Origin: the human T2T-CHM13v2.0 reference genome, Homo sapiens
Reading direction: 5' to 3' (one strand)
DNA length: 64,000 bases
Assembly: GCF_009914755.1 (NCBI RefSeq)
Contig: NC_060939.1
The translations under genes and the position numbers were made by a program. How positions within the stretch are numbered: the stretch's first letter is position 1; every line of letters starts with the position of its first letter. Positions 61,580 through 64,000 of the stretch are shown here, piece by piece. Under the pieces are notes generated by a model. The model was not told where the DNA came from. It did no database searches and saw only the letters and a list, made by a program, of their open reading frames with translations.

Positions 61580-62774
61580 TGGGGTGGGAGTAGAAGGGAA
61601 GGCAGAGTGGTAGTGGATGCATATCTACCTCCTCCGTCTTCCCCTTGGCATCCAGGAAGGTGCCGATAGATGGTGATGAATTGCATTTTATTCTTTCTGA
61701 AGACTGCTTACTTTTGATATTTTTTTGAGGCAGAAAGGAATGAATGTAGCTTTAACCTCTTTGTACTATGAGTGTTCGTGACCCTGGGATAATATTTTAA
61801 AAGTGTATTATACTAATGTATTTTTGTTCTCCATAAATTACGTTGTCTAAAGGGCAACTCATTTACCCAAGACATTAATTTCATCAGAGATGCTTAGATC
61901 AGGAAGATCAGCACTCACTTTTGGGTTTCCAGTAGATTTTGTTGAGTCTACATTGGAAGCTAGGGTGTGTTGAAAGAGAAAATGTTTATCTTAATTCCAC
62001 TCATACTTCTTAGCATACCAAGAGCCAAGACACAGTATTGAGAGGAGAAAATATAAGTTTAAAGGGACTGTCCTATTATATAGGAAATGGTAGGAGCCCT
62101 TCCACCATGGGAAGGAGGAGGCCAGCCAGTGGAGGCAAGAATCAGAGAGAACAACTTGGGTGAAAATGCTTATGAGGTCACTCAGAGGGACCCAGGGACT
62201 CTTACCTGGAGGAAGGTGGGGCAGATAGATTGAGGAAAGAAGTAAAAGGTAAAGGATTGAAGGAAAAGAGGGCACTGATGCCCTACCACCTGTGCCCTTC
62301 CTCCTATTTGAATTCTGGGGGGACCACCTAGTGAGAGGCCTGCCGGCCAACATGCAGCTGTGGCTACCGTTGAATATAGTATGTTTGCGAAGGTTAGGCA
62401 GGGAGACCCAGAGCTAGTCCTCCTAGTTCCCATGACTTGTGTGTGACATGTAAGAGGCCCATATCTCAAGGTCAGGGGGCCTGCAATATAGGTGAGAATT
62501 AAAAGTTTGTGTCCTCTATAAACAGTGTGCAATACAAACATATTTATGTCGTAACCCAGATTCCTTGAAAGGATGTCTTTCCAGGTTATCGTAAGGATTA
62601 CTTTAGACACTGGATGTGTATGTGTAAGGACTACTTTGGATGCCATATGCCATGAGTTTAATACAGGGTGTTGAAGACAACAAATAGTCAATAGATGGCA
62701 TCTAATGTTACTGTTACTAATACAGAGTGGTCGTTAATTTGGAAGTAGCAGTTGATTTGAAAAGTACCAGTGTG

Positions 62775-63063
62775 GGCCGGGCGCAGTGGCTCATACCTGT
62801 AGTCCCAGCACTTTGAGAGGCTGAGCTGGATGGATCACTTGATCCGAGGAGTTCACGACCAGCCTAGGCAAGATGACAAAACCTTGTCTCTTCAAAAGAT
62901 ATAAAAATTAGCCAGGCATGGTGGTGCACACCTGTAGTCCCAGCTGCTTAGGAAGCTGAGTTGGGAGGATGGCTTGAGCCTGGAGGTTGAGGTTGTAGTG
63001 ATCCATGATTGTGCCCTTGAACTCCAGCCTGGGATGACAGAGTGAGACCCTGCCTCAAAAAAA
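62775..63063 (+). mobile_element. AluJ
   Basis: J-type arms; TSD gaaaagtaccagtgtg/gaaaagtatgagtgtg. Confidence 0.9.
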
Positions 63064-63790
63064 GAAACAAGAAAAGTATGAGTGTGATTACTCTGGGAAC
63101 ATCATCTAGAAAAGTCTGAAAAATCTTGTGTTAAGAGCAATTCTGGTGTGGGTGTGGTTGCTTATAGGTGCAATAAAGGATGAGGGTGTGAGGCAGGCAT
63201 TGTCTGGAATAAAAGTAGTGAAGTCTTCATCGGCACACCCATGAGGGTAAATGTGGCACCATATTCTAAGGCAGAACAGGTCAGTGCAAACTCATGGGCA
63301 CAGGCCACCCTGAGTTGGCCCAAACTTGCCACATTATGGCAAGCTGGGAGTCAGTGGGACCACATCTTGGAAAAAGGACTGAGGTGGATGAAGAGATAGA
63401 ACTGATCCTCTTGCAAAATGGGTTTGTGGACCAAAAAAGCAAGTCTGTTGGTATAAAGGTAAAATAATCTTCTCTAGATCTGAGAGTAACTTGAGGGGAG
63501 AGACCTGTTTATCCAGACTTGTAGCCCCCAAAAGCTCCCATAATGACTGATACATATTAGGCCTTCAATTAATGTTTGAAGAAAAGCTTATAGACAAGGA
63601 TTTGTGCCCAATTTGATGGAGCAGGGCAGAAGATGCTTTGACAATCTCAGATGTGCTGGGGGTTAACATCATGCCAAATGGGGCCTATCCAGAAGATTTT
63701 GACTTTAAAACAAGGGCCAGGAGACCAAATACGGACTCCAGTGCTGTGTTACCGTGTCATCTGTATACCAGGGATGTATTACGTGAATAA

Positions 63791-64000
<210 letters not shown>

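Noticed and set aside
62182-62691. 169-aa minus-strand ORF in non-Alu DNA
   Set aside because: Non-ATG start, no recognisable domain and no splice support; length compatible with chance.

Overview
Primate (most likely human) non-coding genomic DNA, intergenic or deep intronic, and dominated by transposable elements. Elements include old L1M pieces (1-9 kb), about 20 Alus, MIR/L2 relics, DNA transposons (MER6A, MER2, MER20, MER53, MER45A, two MER1A) and LTR elements (MLT1, MLT2, THE1, LTR7/HERV-H, LTR9B, MER41B, an LTR56-like LTR). I cannot support any host protein-coding exon, RNA gene or CpG island. The supplied ORFs are Alu, L1, ERV or microsatellite read-throughs, or chance ORFs. Family names come from recalled consensus sequences, not from a database search. 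The most unusual structure is at 27.7-29.1 kb. A 5'-truncated HERV-H that still has a target-site duplication (TSD) sits inside an MLT1. Its env immunosuppressive domain is split by an unidentified, apparently retrotransposed ~300-bp insert carrying a perfect 55-bp-arm palindrome. The window also has several short dispersed duplications with ~1-kb spacing (one inserted into an Alu linker), a possible ancient env-like ERV remnant at 9.9-11.4 kb, and a cluster of LTR families known to act as pluripotency or interferon enhancers.
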